From the IMG/VR virus record IMGVR_UViG_2802429217_000001: DNA of 21,835 nt; one strand, given 5' to 3'. Origin of the DNA: a virus. Lineage: Duplodnaviria; Heunggongvirae; Uroviricota; Caudoviricetes. The translations under genes were made by a program, and so were the position numbers. Numbering within the stretch: position 1 is the first letter of the stretch; every line of letters begins with the position of its first letter. The notes below the pieces were generated by a model, which saw only the letters and a program-made list of their open reading frames with translations, was not told where the DNA came from and ran no database searches. This document shows positions 1 through 9,626 of the stretch, one piece after another.

Positions 1-304
1 CTTCTCCCAAACCAAGGTTTTCGAGAGCTGTTTTCACCGTGCCATCCGATTTGATATCGCCAAACGGATTCTTGCGGCTTAACAGCAGCGCACGAAGCGC
101 GGTAAGCAGCTGGTCATGCCGCCCCTTCTCCAGGCTGGCACCGGATGCCTCCACAACGCTGCAAAGCTCCTCCTGCAACATGTCAAAGTAGTCATCATCC
201 AGATCGGTGGCAGGCGTGCCGGTCTGGGGGTTACCACGGGTAAAACCGTTCTTACCCGCGCCGAACTTATCCTTCTGCGCGGTTTTCGTGTCTATACGAT
301 GCAT
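1..304 (-). CDS. Tail fiber protein, N-terminal part (5' end of gene; ORF runs off the window start)
   Basis: My own translation of the reverse complement from ATG at 304..302: [101 protein letters not shown]..., open to position 1. Starts just after the stop of the 308..892 gene, in the slot where Mu-type clusters place the fiber gene. Not in the ORF track because it has no stop in the window. Confidence 0.5.
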   Translation of the reverse strand, partial: MHRIDTKTAQKDKFGAGKNGFTRGNPQTGTPATDLDDDYFDMLQEELCSVVEASGASLEKGRHDQLLTALRALLLSRKNPFGDIKSDGTVKTALENLGLGE

Positions 305-307
305 GGA

Positions 308-892
308 TTACTCCGGATATTTAAAAATCACATAGGTATGCGACGGGCAGAGTTTGTTAAGAACACACTCGACAACGGTGTCCCCCCAGAAGCGCAGCGC
401 GGAATCACAGGGATCGCCACATGTCATCCAGGTGGTGTTGGTGGCGGCTGGCATGTTGACCTGCCAGTAATACCGCCATTCCGGCGCATTCACCGCGTCA
501 GTACAGGCCGATGAGCAGGTGAACGTGCTTTTGTCGTATCGCGTGATGGTGGCGTCTGGTCTGCCCAGGGCAGCAAGCTGTGCAAGATAAAAATCCTCAT
601 TGATGCCGCCCGCCAGGTTAACCTTCGCATCCAGCCGTTGCTGACGCTGGCGAAGGGTCTGCGTCCCTGCCGGAATACATTCATCCGGCAGGCCGCACAG
701 ACGCTCCCAGCGGTTTATCAGTTCGGTGGTGGTGCGCGGATCCAGCTCCTGCATCAGGGCATCCGCACGCTGATGAACACGGGTTAATGACGGTGCCGCA
801 CCGGCAATCGCCGGATCGCTGGCTGACCACGCCGGACCGGGCGGCAACAGTGCTGACAACAGACGGATGTAATCATCGTTTGTCACGTCCAT
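308..892 (-). CDS. Tail/baseplate protein, Mu gp48-like (DUF2313/YmfQ-type)
   Basis: 194-aa ORF directly downstream of and overlapping the baseplate J-like gene. Size and position fit the gp48-type protein of Mu-like tail clusters. Family assignment is from memory, not a search. Confidence 0.55.
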   Translation of the reverse strand: MDVTNDDYIRLLSALLPPGPAWSASDPAIAGAAPSLTRVHQRADALMQELDPRTTTELINRWERLCGLPDECIPAGTQTLRQRQQRLDAKVNLAGGINEDFYLAQLAALGRPDATITRYDKSTFTCSSACTDAVNAPEWRYYWQVNMPAATNTTWMTCGDPCDSALRFWGDTVVECVLNKLCPSHTYVIFKYPE

Positions 893-1941
893 GAAATCGC
901 CCCCAGAACCGCCAGTTCATTTTTCGCAATGGTGATATTGTCCGCCGGTGCAAGCAACTGATGGCTGTATTCCCCGTTCGCACCGGAAATCGCTTCACTG
1001 ATACGTGACACCTTCAGTTCTCCCTGCGGATAACCATCACGCAGCAGAAACGAACGCAACTCCGCGGTGATGGCAGCCCGTATTTCCGGTGTGTCCGGCG
1101 TCACACGGATATGAAAATCCACCGTATGTGCCACCGGCCTGAACACAAACAAATCAGAGCCTGCCACCGGGGCCAGTGGCCCGATATGTTGTCTTGCCGC
1201 CGTTTCCGTTGATTCTTCCGGAATGGGATTAATCAGGTCACTGCTGGCAATCATCACACCGACAGTCCCCGTTCCCATCCAGTGTCGGTATGTCCATGCG
1301 CGGGTAATGCCAGGCACTTCTTTAGCCCAGACGACATAGTCCCCGTCAGCCCCGCCCTGCGGCGTCCAGTAATACCGCTCAATGACGCGGGCGCGCCACG
1401 TTTCCAGCTCTTCAGTATCAAATCCGCCTGTCACGGTGTCAGCCACACCGGAAGACGGCAGACCATTCACCGGCGTGACCAGGATTAATGCCGTACCGTC
1501 GTCAGCGTTACCGACCGCACCTGCACTTGAGCAGGCGATCGGCACGCGCAGGACACCACCGGAGCTGGTTGCATCGTCAGTTGTCGTGTACTGCACCAGG
1601 TCATCGCGCTGAATAACACTCCCGGCGGTCACCTTCAGGCCATCGCTGACACCTTCCCAGCGCATATACCCGCTGGCAGCCGTGGCCCCCTTGCGCGGAC
1701 ACCGTTTCATCGCAGCATGTCGCGCCAGCCAGGACTCATCGCACAGGTCAGGCAGCATGTTCATTGCCAGATAATCGATGTACCCGTAAACCGTATGCAG
1801 CGCCGCCGCATACACCTTTGCCCGCACGTCTTCATCCATGCGCCGGAGCGTGTCGCTGACGTCCAGCCTGGCGAATAAATCGTTACGGAGCATACTGATA
1901 TTTTCTGCCAGCGTCGGGCGCTGAAATTCACTGTCCGCCAT
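883..1941 (-). CDS. Baseplate J-like protein (Mu gp47-type)
   Basis: 352-aa ORF in the expected position after the gp46-like gene, overlapping its neighbours as in a coupled operon. Confidence 0.7.
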   Translation of the reverse strand: MADSEFQRPTLAENISMLRNDLFARLDVSDTLRRMDEDVRAKVYAAALHTVYGYIDYLAMNMLPDLCDESWLARHAAMKRCPRKGATAASGYMRWEGVSDGLKVTAGSVIQRDDLVQYTTTDDATSSGGVLRVPIACSSAGAVGNADDGTALILVTPVNGLPSSGVADTVTGGFDTEELETWRARVIERYYWTPQGGADGDYVVWAKEVPGITRAWTYRHWMGTGTVGVMIASSDLINPIPEESTETAARQHIGPLAPVAGSDLFVFRPVAHTVDFHIRVTPDTPEIRAAITAELRSFLLRDGYPQGELKVSRISEAISGANGEYSHQLLAPADNITIAKNELAVLGAISWT

Positions 1942-2356
1942 GCGTTATCGCACTCCACAGATCATCAAAAGAAATCATTACCGGTCCGTCACGACGCCAG
2001 AGAGTGATACTGTTACCCAGTTCATTAATCCCGGTGCGGCGGATATCCAGATCAATACGGGACACCACGCCGTCATCAGTCATCCATTGCAGGCATTCGC
2101 GGATATACCCCCTTACCGTCTGCACCAGCTGATTGGTCAGTTTGCTGCGCTGAAGCAGCCACAGTCGGGAGCCGTAACGGTCATTCTGTACCGCAGGCCA
2201 GGTATCCCCCCACCATCCCATCGGGACGTCGGCGTTGTCATCAGGCTCCGCCCGCCGCCAGGTAAACAGGGAAATCACCACGGCGCGGGTCAGCGGATCC
2301 AGCGGTGCGCTGGCGCAGGTGCGTTTACCGTTCACCGTCAGCCACACTTCCATCAT
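1928..2356 (-). CDS. Baseplate protein, phage Mu GP46-type
   Basis: 142-aa ORF between the V-like spike gene and the J-like gene; ATGA-type overlap with the upstream gene. Call is by size and synteny. Confidence 0.55.
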   Translation of the reverse strand: MMEVWLTVNGKRTCASAPLDPLTRAVVISLFTWRRAEPDDNADVPMGWWGDTWPAVQNDRYGSRLWLLQRSKLTNQLVQTVRGYIRECLQWMTDDGVVSRIDLDIRRTGINELGNSITLWRRDGPVMISFDDLWSAITHGGQ

Positions 2357-2901
2357 GCCTCCATCGCTTTATCAGGTTTGTCGGTGTTACTGCCCTGACC
2401 GTTCTCTCTGTGACGATGCCCGTTATAGGCAAGCCGCATCGCTGACATGGTGGTGCCGCCGGAGTCGCACAGGTCTTTCACCTGTCCGGTCACTTCCAGA
2501 TCCATTTCAAAACGTGCTTCAGGTGCATTGCGAAACGTGATCGTTTTACCTGCACCGTCCACCACGATCCCCTCCCGGGTCAGCGTCACGGACTGCCCCT
2601 GATCGTCATAGACAGCCACCTCACCCGTCTGCAACCCTTTCAGGCGGTAACGCCGGTCCGACACCGTAACAACCACCGCATGAGAACGGTCACCATCCGG
2701 AAACAACACCACCGCTTCCGCACCGCTGTTTGCCCTTGCGGTAAAACCGTAAGGTTCAAGATGTTCAACCCCGGCTTTGGGTTCACCGGCAATCAGGGAC
2801 ACATCCACGGTCTGACATTTCGTGGCGGCACTGATGCTTTTCACCACGGCCCGCCCAATCAGCCCGAGGAGTTGTCGCTGTATGGTTTCAATCGCCCTCA
2901 T
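2353..2901 (-). CDS. Baseplate assembly protein V-like (spike)
   Basis: 182-aa ORF immediately after the gpP-like gene; size and position fit the gpV-type spike of P2/Mu-type baseplates. Confidence 0.65.
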   Translation of the reverse strand: MRAIETIQRQLLGLIGRAVVKSISAATKCQTVDVSLIAGEPKAGVEHLEPYGFTARANSGAEAVVLFPDGDRSHAVVVTVSDRRYRLKGLQTGEVAVYDDQGQSVTLTREGIVVDGAGKTITFRNAPEARFEMDLEVTGQVKDLCDSGGTTMSAMRLAYNGHRHRENGQGSNTDKPDKAMEA

Positions 2902-3980
2902 CAGAACGGGTCCTCCTGTACTCTGGCTTTTTTCTTTTTCCGCGCGCCGGGATCTTCGGGTTCAGGCAGATAAGCATCAGGCGGGCCGACACGGATTTCC
3001 GTCAGGGTGCCGTTCTGGTCCTGAGTAAACGTGACTTCCGAAACAAGCAGTTCGGTATTGTCGAAACCACAGACCGGATCAAAGACAATCACCCGCTGGT
3101 TGGGCTGCCACAGCGTACCGTTACCCTGTCGCCAGCCCTGCACCACATAGGTGGTTTCATCCGTCCGCGCCGCCCGTTGTCGGGCTTCAAAGTCAGCACG
3201 CGCAATACAACCTGCCCCCGTGGCCTGCCCTGTCTGCCTGATATACATCGGACGGTAACGGGCAATAAATGCGTCCTCTGTGCGGGCCCGCAGCGCGGTG
3301 GTGGTGGCCTCACCGAAATCATCGTCGTTTCCGGCACGCTGCCCCGCCACCTGGTAAACTGAAAACCGCTCCCGGATACTCTTCTCCGTATCACAGGAAA
3401 GGATGTTTTCCCCAAGTACCAGCGCGGTATGTGCCCGCGTTGAGCCAATACCGCCAATCACCAGCCTGCCGTGCGGGTCGTCGTAAGCCAGTGCCTGCTG
3501 CTGACCGAGTATTTTGTTGATTACCTCAATCACCGTTTCACCGTGATCAGGCTGGACATCAGGAATAACACCCGACGGCGCACCGTTGTTCACCACCTCA
3601 ATGCCGAAAGGCGCAGCAAGCGCCTACGCAATCTGTACCAGCGATCGTCCGTTAAACTGTGTCGGTTCGGCTGCACAGTCAATCAGGTCAGCGGTCAGAC
3701 TGCGTCCGGCAATACCGGTGCTGACCGAACGGGCATCGTAACGAACGGGCGTCGCCTCCACCCAGCCGGTGATCACCAGCTCATCACCAATCAGCACCTC
3801 CACTTTTGAACCGTTTTTAATGCACGGCTGAAGCGTGGTAATACCCTCATCTCCCGGCCACTGGCGGGTGATCTCCACACTGAAATCCCGCGCCAGCCGT
3901 TCAATACCGGCACCGATGCGCACCGATGTCCAGCCATTCCACTCCCGGCCATTTACCCGTAGCGTGACATTGTCGTTCAT
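2901..3980 (-). pseudogene. Mu gpP-like baseplate/tail protein, interrupted by a single in-frame TAG (amber) codon at 3624-3626
   Basis: ORFs 3624..3980 (118 aa) and 2901..3596 (231 aa) are in the same frame (3980-3596 = 384 = 3x128). Between them is only TAG (plus cta at 3624-3626) plus nine sense codons. Read-through gives ...SLVQIA-*-ALAAPFGIEVVNNGAPSG..., about 359 aa, matching a gpP-like protein in the slot between the N-like and V-like genes. Confidence 0.6.
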
Positions 3981-5305
3981 TGCACTGGCACCTTCAGAGG
4001 GATCACCGGCACAAAGCCGGGATGCGTAATGGCATTACGCCGGATAATGTCCGCGTCACGCGCCGCGTTATCAAACCAGGTCGCCGCCAGCACCAGCGCG
4101 GGTAAAACCTCATCCGGCGTGCGCTGAATGATCCGTGCAGACTGTTCAAGGCGCGTGTTGATATCCGCATTCAGATCTGCTTTCACCCGGCGCAGCGCCA
4201 GAAACAGCGCATCACTGGTTGTACGGGACAACTCCTTATCAATTGCCGTATTCAGTGTGTCGCGAATGTCGGTCAGTTCTTCCCACGTTGGCAGGTCAAC
4301 CGTGTTTTTCACCGCCGGTGCATTGTTCAGTGCCGGATGCGTGACAGAAGGCCAGCCGGTGCTCTGCGCGGGTGTTGTTGACTGCCCCACTGTGGCATTC
4401 TGCATCACCGCGGAAGTTGTGGGCGCAGGCAATCGTGTGACGGCATACGCCGCTTCGCTGATTGCGGTCGTACGAAGGGTGCTGGCAACCACGTTACGCT
4501 GCTGCGTCGCCGTGGCGGTGGTTTTACTGTCCGTTTTCCAGACGCCGCGCGGTTGCAGATCGCTGCCGAGGATGACACCGGAAAGCGTTTTGATCATGGT
4601 GACCAGGTCGCTGGCGTTACCATAAAGGCGTTTCCCGGTACGCCACATTTTCTGCACCTGCTCAACGAAATTTTTGCCTGACGATGGCGGCGGCAGAAGT
4701 ACCGAGATATCCCCCTGCAACAGCCTGGCGGCATCCGATACGGCAGAATCCACCACTTTCATCGCATCAGAAACATACCCAAGCATTGTGCTGGCATTAC
4801 CGACGACGTCGTTCTGCACAAAATCTGCCACGCCATCGATACTGAAACCACTGAAGCTGTCACTGATGCAGTCATCCAGTGCAGAACAGGATGACATCAG
4901 CGTCTGCGCCGTCGCCGCACCTGAAGTGGGGTAAGAGAGTTCTCCCGCTTCGACAAACTTCAGGTCAAAGCGGACAATACGCCCTTCACTCTTCGATGTG
5001 CTGACCCGAACTTCCCCGTCAACACAGACTTTCAGCTCACCGTAAGTCGGATGGACAAGCGTGCCGGGACCGGGTTTATTCAGCGCGTCAATCAGGCGAT
5101 CGCGCTGGTCAAAGCAGTCATCTCCCACCACATAAGCTGTGATGGACGGGCGGAAAGTGATTTTCCCCAGGTCTTCGGTATAGGGTTTGTCGCGGTTCGG
5201 GTATTCGTGCGTTTCCACACGACGACCGGTTCCCGCACTTTCTTCTTCAACCTTAAACGGCACACCGCGAAATGACGCGTCCTGAAGTCTGTCTTTCCAC
5301 GTCAT
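3977..5305 (-). CDS. DNA circulation protein (Mu N-like)
   Basis: Long ORF (456 aa from the track start at 5347). N-terminus from the internal Met reads MTWKDRLQDASFRGVPFKV..., which I recognise as the N-like DNA-circulation N-terminal pattern. Start placed at ATG 5305 because it has an SD (GGAG, 6-nt spacer) and the 5347 start would overlap a terminator hairpin. Confidence 0.7.
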   Translation of the reverse strand: MTWKDRLQDASFRGVPFKVEEESAGTGRRVETHEYPNRDKPYTEDLGKITFRPSITAYVVGDDCFDQRDRLIDALNKPGPGTLVHPTYGELKVCVDGEVRVSTSKSEGRIVRFDLKFVEAGELSYPTSGAATAQTLMSSCSALDDCISDSFSGFSIDGVADFVQNDVVGNASTMLGYVSDAMKVVDSAVSDAARLLQGDISVLLPPPSSGKNFVEQVQKMWRTGKRLYGNASDLVTMIKTLSGVILGSDLQPRGVWKTDSKTTATATQQRNVVASTLRTTAISEAAYAVTRLPAPTTSAVMQNATVGQSTTPAQSTGWPSVTHPALNNAPAVKNTVDLPTWEELTDIRDTLNTAIDKELSRTTSDALFLALRRVKADLNADINTRLEQSARIIQRTPDEVLPALVLAATWFDNAARDADIIRRNAITHPGFVPVIPLKVPVQ

Positions 5306-5320
5306 ATAAACTCCGTACAT

Positions 5321-5342
5321 AAAAAATCCCACCGGAGTGGGA
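5321..5342 (-). terminator. Rho-independent terminator-like hairpin between the tape measure and N-like genes
   Basis: On the minus strand: UCCCAC-UCCG-GUGGGA (plus 5327-5342) followed directly by U6 (plus a-run 5321-5326). Lies between the tape measure stop (5366) and the N-like start (5305). Confidence 0.5.
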
Positions 5343-5365
5343 CTCATTAACAGATTAATTTTTCA

Positions 5366-7201
5366 TTACCTGCCAAAGCGCGTATAGCCAACATCATGGC
5401 TGACATCAAAACCGCTGGATCGCGTTTCCATAACCCGCATACCCGGAGGCGAATTCACAAAAGAGACCTTGATCTCACCATCAACTTTTGGCGCAGAAGC
5501 TTTGTTAATCATGAAGGGATTCGGGCCTGTGGCATCGGAGGCGTTGTTTGACTGAGCCGGATCTACCGCCTGATAAGGTGTGTATCCCCGTGCCGGTATT
5601 CCCGTCCCATAAGCATCATAAGCACCCGCGCCCCACTGCGCAGAGTTAATGGCATCGACCGTGTCACCGGAACTGTCGGTAAACCACTCAATAATTGGCT
5701 TCAGCTTGTCCCACATATCCTGAAACCACTTAACAACCGGTCCCCAGTTATTGATTACCATCCCCAGCGGCGACCAGGCAAAAACCTTCTTCAGAAGTTC
5801 CCAGCCAGCCTCAAAATAAGGACCAATGGTTTCCCAGAGCTTCTTGAAATAAGGTCCGACAACATCCCAGTTAGTGATAATTAATCCCGCAGCCAGGGCT
5901 ATCGCCGTCGCAATCATGCCAATCGGCGTCATCGACATGATCCTGCTGACAATGCTGATGGCACTGCCCACGCTCATCAATCCCAGTTTCAGAATCGCAA
6001 GACCGGCAGCAAGCCCGACGACGCCGCGAATAACCCGGGGATTTTCATCCGCAAACTTCGTGAATTTTTCCCCCAACTCCCCCAGCCATTGCGTGATATT
6101 TTTGGCGTCACCAGAAAATGCGCCGCCAATAGCCGCAAGGCCGTTAGTTGCGGTCCCCGTCATTGCCTCCCACAGGTTGGACAGCGTACCAAGCTGTGCC
6201 TGAACACGTTTATTCAGGCTGGCCTGTTTATTCATCTTTTGCTGGATCTGATCGTAACCATCCTTTCCTTTATCGATCAGCGCATTGACCACCTGAAGGG
6301 TTTCGGCATCATCACCAAATATTGCCTTAAGTACACCTGTTCGCTTAACGTCGGTCAATTTTCGCAGCTTTGCCAGTTGCTTAAACATGTTATCAAGACC
6401 GCCAAAACTTCCTTTGCCGTCAGTAAAATCGAGCTGTACCCCGAGTTTCTGACGGGCCATAACTTTATTGACGTCCCTGATTTTCTTAACGCTTAATCCG
6501 GACTGGATAACTTTTCGCAGGGCATTACCTGCCGACTCCCCGTTCATCCCCATCTGATCCATCATGACGCTGATGGGGGCAAGGCTCTGTGCAGCCTGAA
6601 GACCGTCCTTGTTCACCATCTTCAGAACAGAACTGGTTTTAGTGAAGAAGGACAACATGTTGGTATCGTCAACGCCCAGATAAAACGCCTTCTGGATAGT
6701 GTCGAACAGCCCCATCATGTCTTCTGACGCCGTTCCGGTAGCATCCTGCATCTTTGCAGCAAACTCAGCAGCCGCTTCCGGTGTTTTTTTCAGTTGTACC
6801 GCAAGATAAGCTGTCGCTTTACCCACACCGCCAAGAATATTTTCTGCCGGGATCCCCTGACGCACCAGCATCTGCATCATGTTCTGGAAATCAGCCGTTG
6901 TACCGGGTAGCTGGTTACCCAGGCCAATAGCCAGTTTATTGATGTCCTGAAAGCTCTTTCCGACCTCGCCGTTCGCATCCATCATGGCGACTTTCAGCCC
7001 GGTGGCGGCGTTTTCCTGATCGGCATAAGATTTCAGGGAAAGCGTCAGACCCGCTGCCAGTCCGCCACCAAGCGCCAGCCCACCCTGTGATGCTTCTTCC
7101 GCCTGGCGTTTAAATCCCCGGATTTTCTTTTGCATTTTCGACAGCGCGGGAGAAAGTCTGTCGACACCGGTGATCAACGCCTTAAGCTCAAATTCAGCCA
7201 T
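5366..7201 (-). CDS. Tail tape measure protein
   Basis: 611-aa ORF directly downstream of the chaperone/frameshift pair. Gly/Ala-rich N-terminal part and hydrophobic C-terminal segments. SD GGAGAAA upstream of ATG 7201. Confidence 0.8.
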   Translation of the reverse strand: MAEFELKALITGVDRLSPALSKMQKKIRGFKRQAEEASQGGLALGGGLAAGLTLSLKSYADQENAATGLKVAMMDANGEVGKSFQDINKLAIGLGNQLPGTTADFQNMMQMLVRQGIPAENILGGVGKATAYLAVQLKKTPEAAAEFAAKMQDATGTASEDMMGLFDTIQKAFYLGVDDTNMLSFFTKTSSVLKMVNKDGLQAAQSLAPISVMMDQMGMNGESAGNALRKVIQSGLSVKKIRDVNKVMARQKLGVQLDFTDGKGSFGGLDNMFKQLAKLRKLTDVKRTGVLKAIFGDDAETLQVVNALIDKGKDGYDQIQQKMNKQASLNKRVQAQLGTLSNLWEAMTGTATNGLAAIGGAFSGDAKNITQWLGELGEKFTKFADENPRVIRGVVGLAAGLAILKLGLMSVGSAISIVSRIMSMTPIGMIATAIALAAGLIITNWDVVGPYFKKLWETIGPYFEAGWELLKKVFAWSPLGMVINNWGPVVKWFQDMWDKLKPIIEWFTDSSGDTVDAINSAQWGAGAYDAYGTGIPARGYTPYQAVDPAQSNNASDATGPNPFMINKASAPKVDGEIKVSFVNSPPGMRVMETRSSGFDVSHDVGYTRFGR

Positions 7202-7376
7202 GTGTGCGTTTCTCCTGCTCTATCCTGTTTGCCTGACTGACCAGCAAGGGAATTTCACTGATCGGCATATTCAGCAATTCGAAGGGATTAATGCGCCAGT
7301 AACTGGCGCAGTCAAAGAAGCGATCAGTGAGGTATTCAGCCGTCAGGCCTGGAGGAAAAAACCGGCCACAAGCCAC
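7194..7376 (-). CDS. Tail assembly chaperone -1 frame extension (GT-like fusion part)
   Basis: ORF in the -1 frame relative to the chaperone, overlapping its last 34 nt and ending 8 nt inside the tape measure start. Reached by -1 slippage at T TTT TTC. Predicted fusion about 139 aa. Confidence 0.55.
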   Translation of the reverse strand: MACGRFFPPGLTAEYLTDRFFDCASYWRINPFELLNMPISEIPLLVSQANRIEQEKRTHG

Positions 7377-7612
7377 GCCGCTGCATTCAGGTCTGCCGGA
7401 GACATCTGGTCGACAGAGCTTTGCGGCACTTTCGCCAGCCGCACAATGTATTTCGACACCACATGCGCCAGAAGTCTGACGGACTCATCCTGATTCATCT
7501 GGTAGGGATACCCCAGCTCGCGGACATCCTTCCCGGTGGGTTCATCAAACTCCAGTACGGAAAGTGTCTCACCATGAGCGATAATCGGTTTCTTTAACTC
7601 AAGCTCTTTCAT
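7343..7612 (-). CDS. Tail assembly chaperone (G-like), frame-0 product
   Basis: 89-aa ORF between the tail tube and tape measure genes. Ends ...AGFFLQA* and contains the slippery heptamer. Confidence 0.65.
   Translation of the reverse strand: MKELELKKPIIAHGETLSVLEFDEPTGKDVRELGYPYQMNQDESVRLLAHVVSKYIVRLAKVPQSSVDQMSPADLNAAAWLVAGFFLQA
7355..7361 (-). other. Programmed -1 ribosomal frameshift slippery heptamer T TTT TTC
   Basis: Minus-strand sequence GCC GGT TTT TTC CTC CAG GCC TGA (frame 0) versus CGG TTT TTT CCT CCA GGC (-1 frame). Heptamer is X XXY YYZ with X=Y=T, Z=C, placed 3 codons before the frame-0 stop. Confidence 0.6.
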
Positions 7613-7968
7613 TACTGGTAATCCCCTTCTTCACCGTGGAACTCAAGATCAACCGTGCCTTCTTCGGCATTATGGTTCGCTTCGCCGTGCAGCCAGGCGG
7701 ACGACAATACATAGACCTGACCGTTCGCCAGCTCTGCAGTGATGGTCATCTCATCAGACGAGGTGATTTTGCTCACCGGAAAATTCTTCGGCACCTTGAA
7801 GGTCCCTTTGACATAAGGCGCACGGTGAGTTTCCTTGCGGTCCACTGAACCGTCCAGGCCGATGATGTCATCATTGACCGTCCTGTTCATGGGCACCTCA
7901 ATGCCGCCGGTCAGCGATAGCTGCTGACCGTCAATTTTGAAATAACAGGTTCCCCCGATACGGGCCAT
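7612..7968 (-). CDS. Tail tube protein
   Basis: 118-aa ORF immediately downstream of the sheath gene (stop/start overlap), upstream of the chaperone. Confidence 0.7.
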   Translation of the reverse strand: MARIGGTCYFKIDGQQLSLTGGIEVPMNRTVNDDIIGLDGSVDRKETHRAPYVKGTFKVPKNFPVSKITSSDEMTITAELANGQVYVLSSAWLHGEANHNAEEGTVDLEFHGEEGDYQ

Positions 7969-9464
7969 TATGCGGACTCCTCTGAATACTGAAGACGGAA
8001 CTGGTTAACCACGGCAAAGACACGCAACTGGTTAACATAGTCAGGCGGGAACAGCGTGTTCAGGCGGTTCGGATCGCTGGCATCACGCTCCACAACCAGG
8101 TACTGCTTAAACAGTTCGTAGTTTTCCACGATCCCCGCACGCTCAAGCTGACGGTAGGTTGCCAGCAGTTCCCCTTTGATCACCGCCGGTGTGACAATCG
8201 CCTGACCGGGACCAAAGCGGGTACCGTCGCTGGCAAGCTTGTGACGCCCGTACTTACTGGTAATGACGGATTTCAGTTTGCGCAGCACATACGCGCTGGT
8301 ATGCAGCGTCTCGCTGTCGAGGTAGCTGTTATCCGCAACACCGTAAGCGTTTTTCCTGTACGTGGTGACATCACGCTGAATGCGCAGCACCCCGCTTTCG
8401 ACATACGCCGTTGCCACGCCATGAGACAGCAGGGTCTGTTGTTCGGTCATCGTGAACCGTTTCCCCTTCGGCGCAGGCAGCATCCCCACCAGCTCACCGG
8501 TCTGCGTGGGACGTGCCGGATCGTTGCGAATAAACACCGCTGCGCGGGCGGTACGGCTTGCCGCCAGCTCGTCGGCAGGCGTCTGGGTCTCTTTTTCGTA
8601 TCCCGCCAGGGTAATGTGCTGCTGGTTAAACTGGTCACCTGCGGTCACCAGTTCTGACAGCGTGCCGATCTTTGCCGTATACACATGACCATACAGCTGA
8701 CGCGCATAGCTCCAGCGACCGCTGGTATCGTTCATCTCGGTCACCAGCGTGTTAACGGAGGCCGTGTCGTTGAACGGCAGGCCGATATAATCAAACGGCT
8801 CATCCGCCATTGCAGCCACCGCGCCGGTGAGAACCGGAGCGCCCGTTCCGGCGGTCCCCGTCGCCACGGCAATCTGTACGCCCGCTGGCAGCACTTCGCC
8901 CCCACCAAAGCCGTAGTAATTGAGGCTGACAGGAATTTCATTCCCGCAAAGCCCCTTATGACGCGCGGTCAGCGTGACCACGCCTGCCGAAGATGAGGCC
9001 GTAAACGGCAGGGCCGGAACGGCATTAATGGCATCCTGGATACTGCCGGCAATCGTCGTGACGTTATCTCCGTTGGTCACCGGTGCCTGCACGCGGGTAC
9101 GTCCCACATAAACATTCACCGTGCCGGTTTCGGTTGCCGCCCCGGTCACCGTCAGCGTAACCGTTGCCGCCGCGCCTGTGGCTTCCGGAACGGCAATCAC
9201 ATACAGCTCGCCAAACGGGTCGGTCTGGCGATAAGCCTCGACCATACGCGCCAGCTGACTTCCCGCACCACAAATCTGGCGTGCATAGTCTGCCGACGGC
9301 ATCAGTACCAGACTGTTGGCAACAATCTCTGCACCGTTATTGGCATGACCAATCAGCAGCGATGCTCCGCTGTCCTGTGCAGTATTCGCCGCCTGGTTAT
9401 CCATTTCCGCATAAAACAACGGAACCAGCGTATTCGACGGAATGGTGTTAAAGCTTATCGTCAT
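7968..9464 (-). CDS. Contractile tail sheath protein
   Basis: 498-aa ORF followed by a roughly 120-aa tube gene, the canonical sheath-tube pair of myovirus-type tails. Confidence 0.8.
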   Translation of the reverse strand: MTISFNTIPSNTLVPLFYAEMDNQAANTAQDSGASLLIGHANNGAEIVANSLVLMPSADYARQICGAGSQLARMVEAYRQTDPFGELYVIAVPEATGAAATVTLTVTGAATETGTVNVYVGRTRVQAPVTNGDNVTTIAGSIQDAINAVPALPFTASSSAGVVTLTARHKGLCGNEIPVSLNYYGFGGGEVLPAGVQIAVATGTAGTGAPVLTGAVAAMADEPFDYIGLPFNDTASVNTLVTEMNDTSGRWSYARQLYGHVYTAKIGTLSELVTAGDQFNQQHITLAGYEKETQTPADELAASRTARAAVFIRNDPARPTQTGELVGMLPAPKGKRFTMTEQQTLLSHGVATAYVESGVLRIQRDVTTYRKNAYGVADNSYLDSETLHTSAYVLRKLKSVITSKYGRHKLASDGTRFGPGQAIVTPAVIKGELLATYRQLERAGIVENYELFKQYLVVERDASDPNRLNTLFPPDYVNQLRVFAVVNQFRLQYSEESA

Positions 9465-9618
9465 CGGTGTTCACCTTTTTATTCACGCGCCGGATATCAC
9501 CCGCTGCTTCACGGCGCAGCCAGTAGTTGTTCTCGTCAACATTTCGCCCTTCGGCGGGCAAAAGGTCGCCGCGGGCAGGGTCAGGCACTGACCGCCCTTT
9601 AACAGGTTTGACAAACAT
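9448..9618 (-). CDS. Small hypothetical protein upstream of sheath (56 aa)
   Basis: My own translation from ATG 9618..9616: MFVKPVKGRSVPDPARGDLLPAEGRNVDENNYWLRREAAGDIRRVNKKVNTDDDKL*. SD GAGGA 6 nt upstream; stop overlaps the sheath start. Below the 60-aa cutoff of the ORF track. Confidence 0.4.
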   Translation of the reverse strand: MFVKPVKGRSVPDPARGDLLPAEGRNVDENNYWLRREAAGDIRRVNKKVNTDDDKL

Positions 9619-9626
9619 GAGGATCC

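Noticed and set aside
116-514. Plus-strand 132-aa ORF
   Set aside because: Antisense to the tail fiber start and the gp48-like gene in GC-rich DNA; typical shadow ORF with no SD and no recognisable protein features.
1940-2398. Plus-strand 152-aa ORF, and similar long plus-strand ORFs across 1-17000 (for example 9651..10241, 14147..14722, 10331..10828)
   Set aside because: All lie antisense to well-supported minus-strand phage genes in GC-rich sequence, where spurious long ORFs are expected. Their products are Arg/Pro/His-rich and low-complexity.
3977-5347. N-like gene start at 5347 as given by the ORF track
   Set aside because: The 5306-5347 extension has no SD and overlaps a hairpin plus U-tract. 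ATG 5305 has a GGAG SD and begins at the conserved N-terminal motif.
8241-8996. Run of overlapping short ORFs on both strands inside the sheath gene
   Set aside because: All nested within the 498-aa sheath ORF in alternative frames; artefacts of GC-rich coding sequence.
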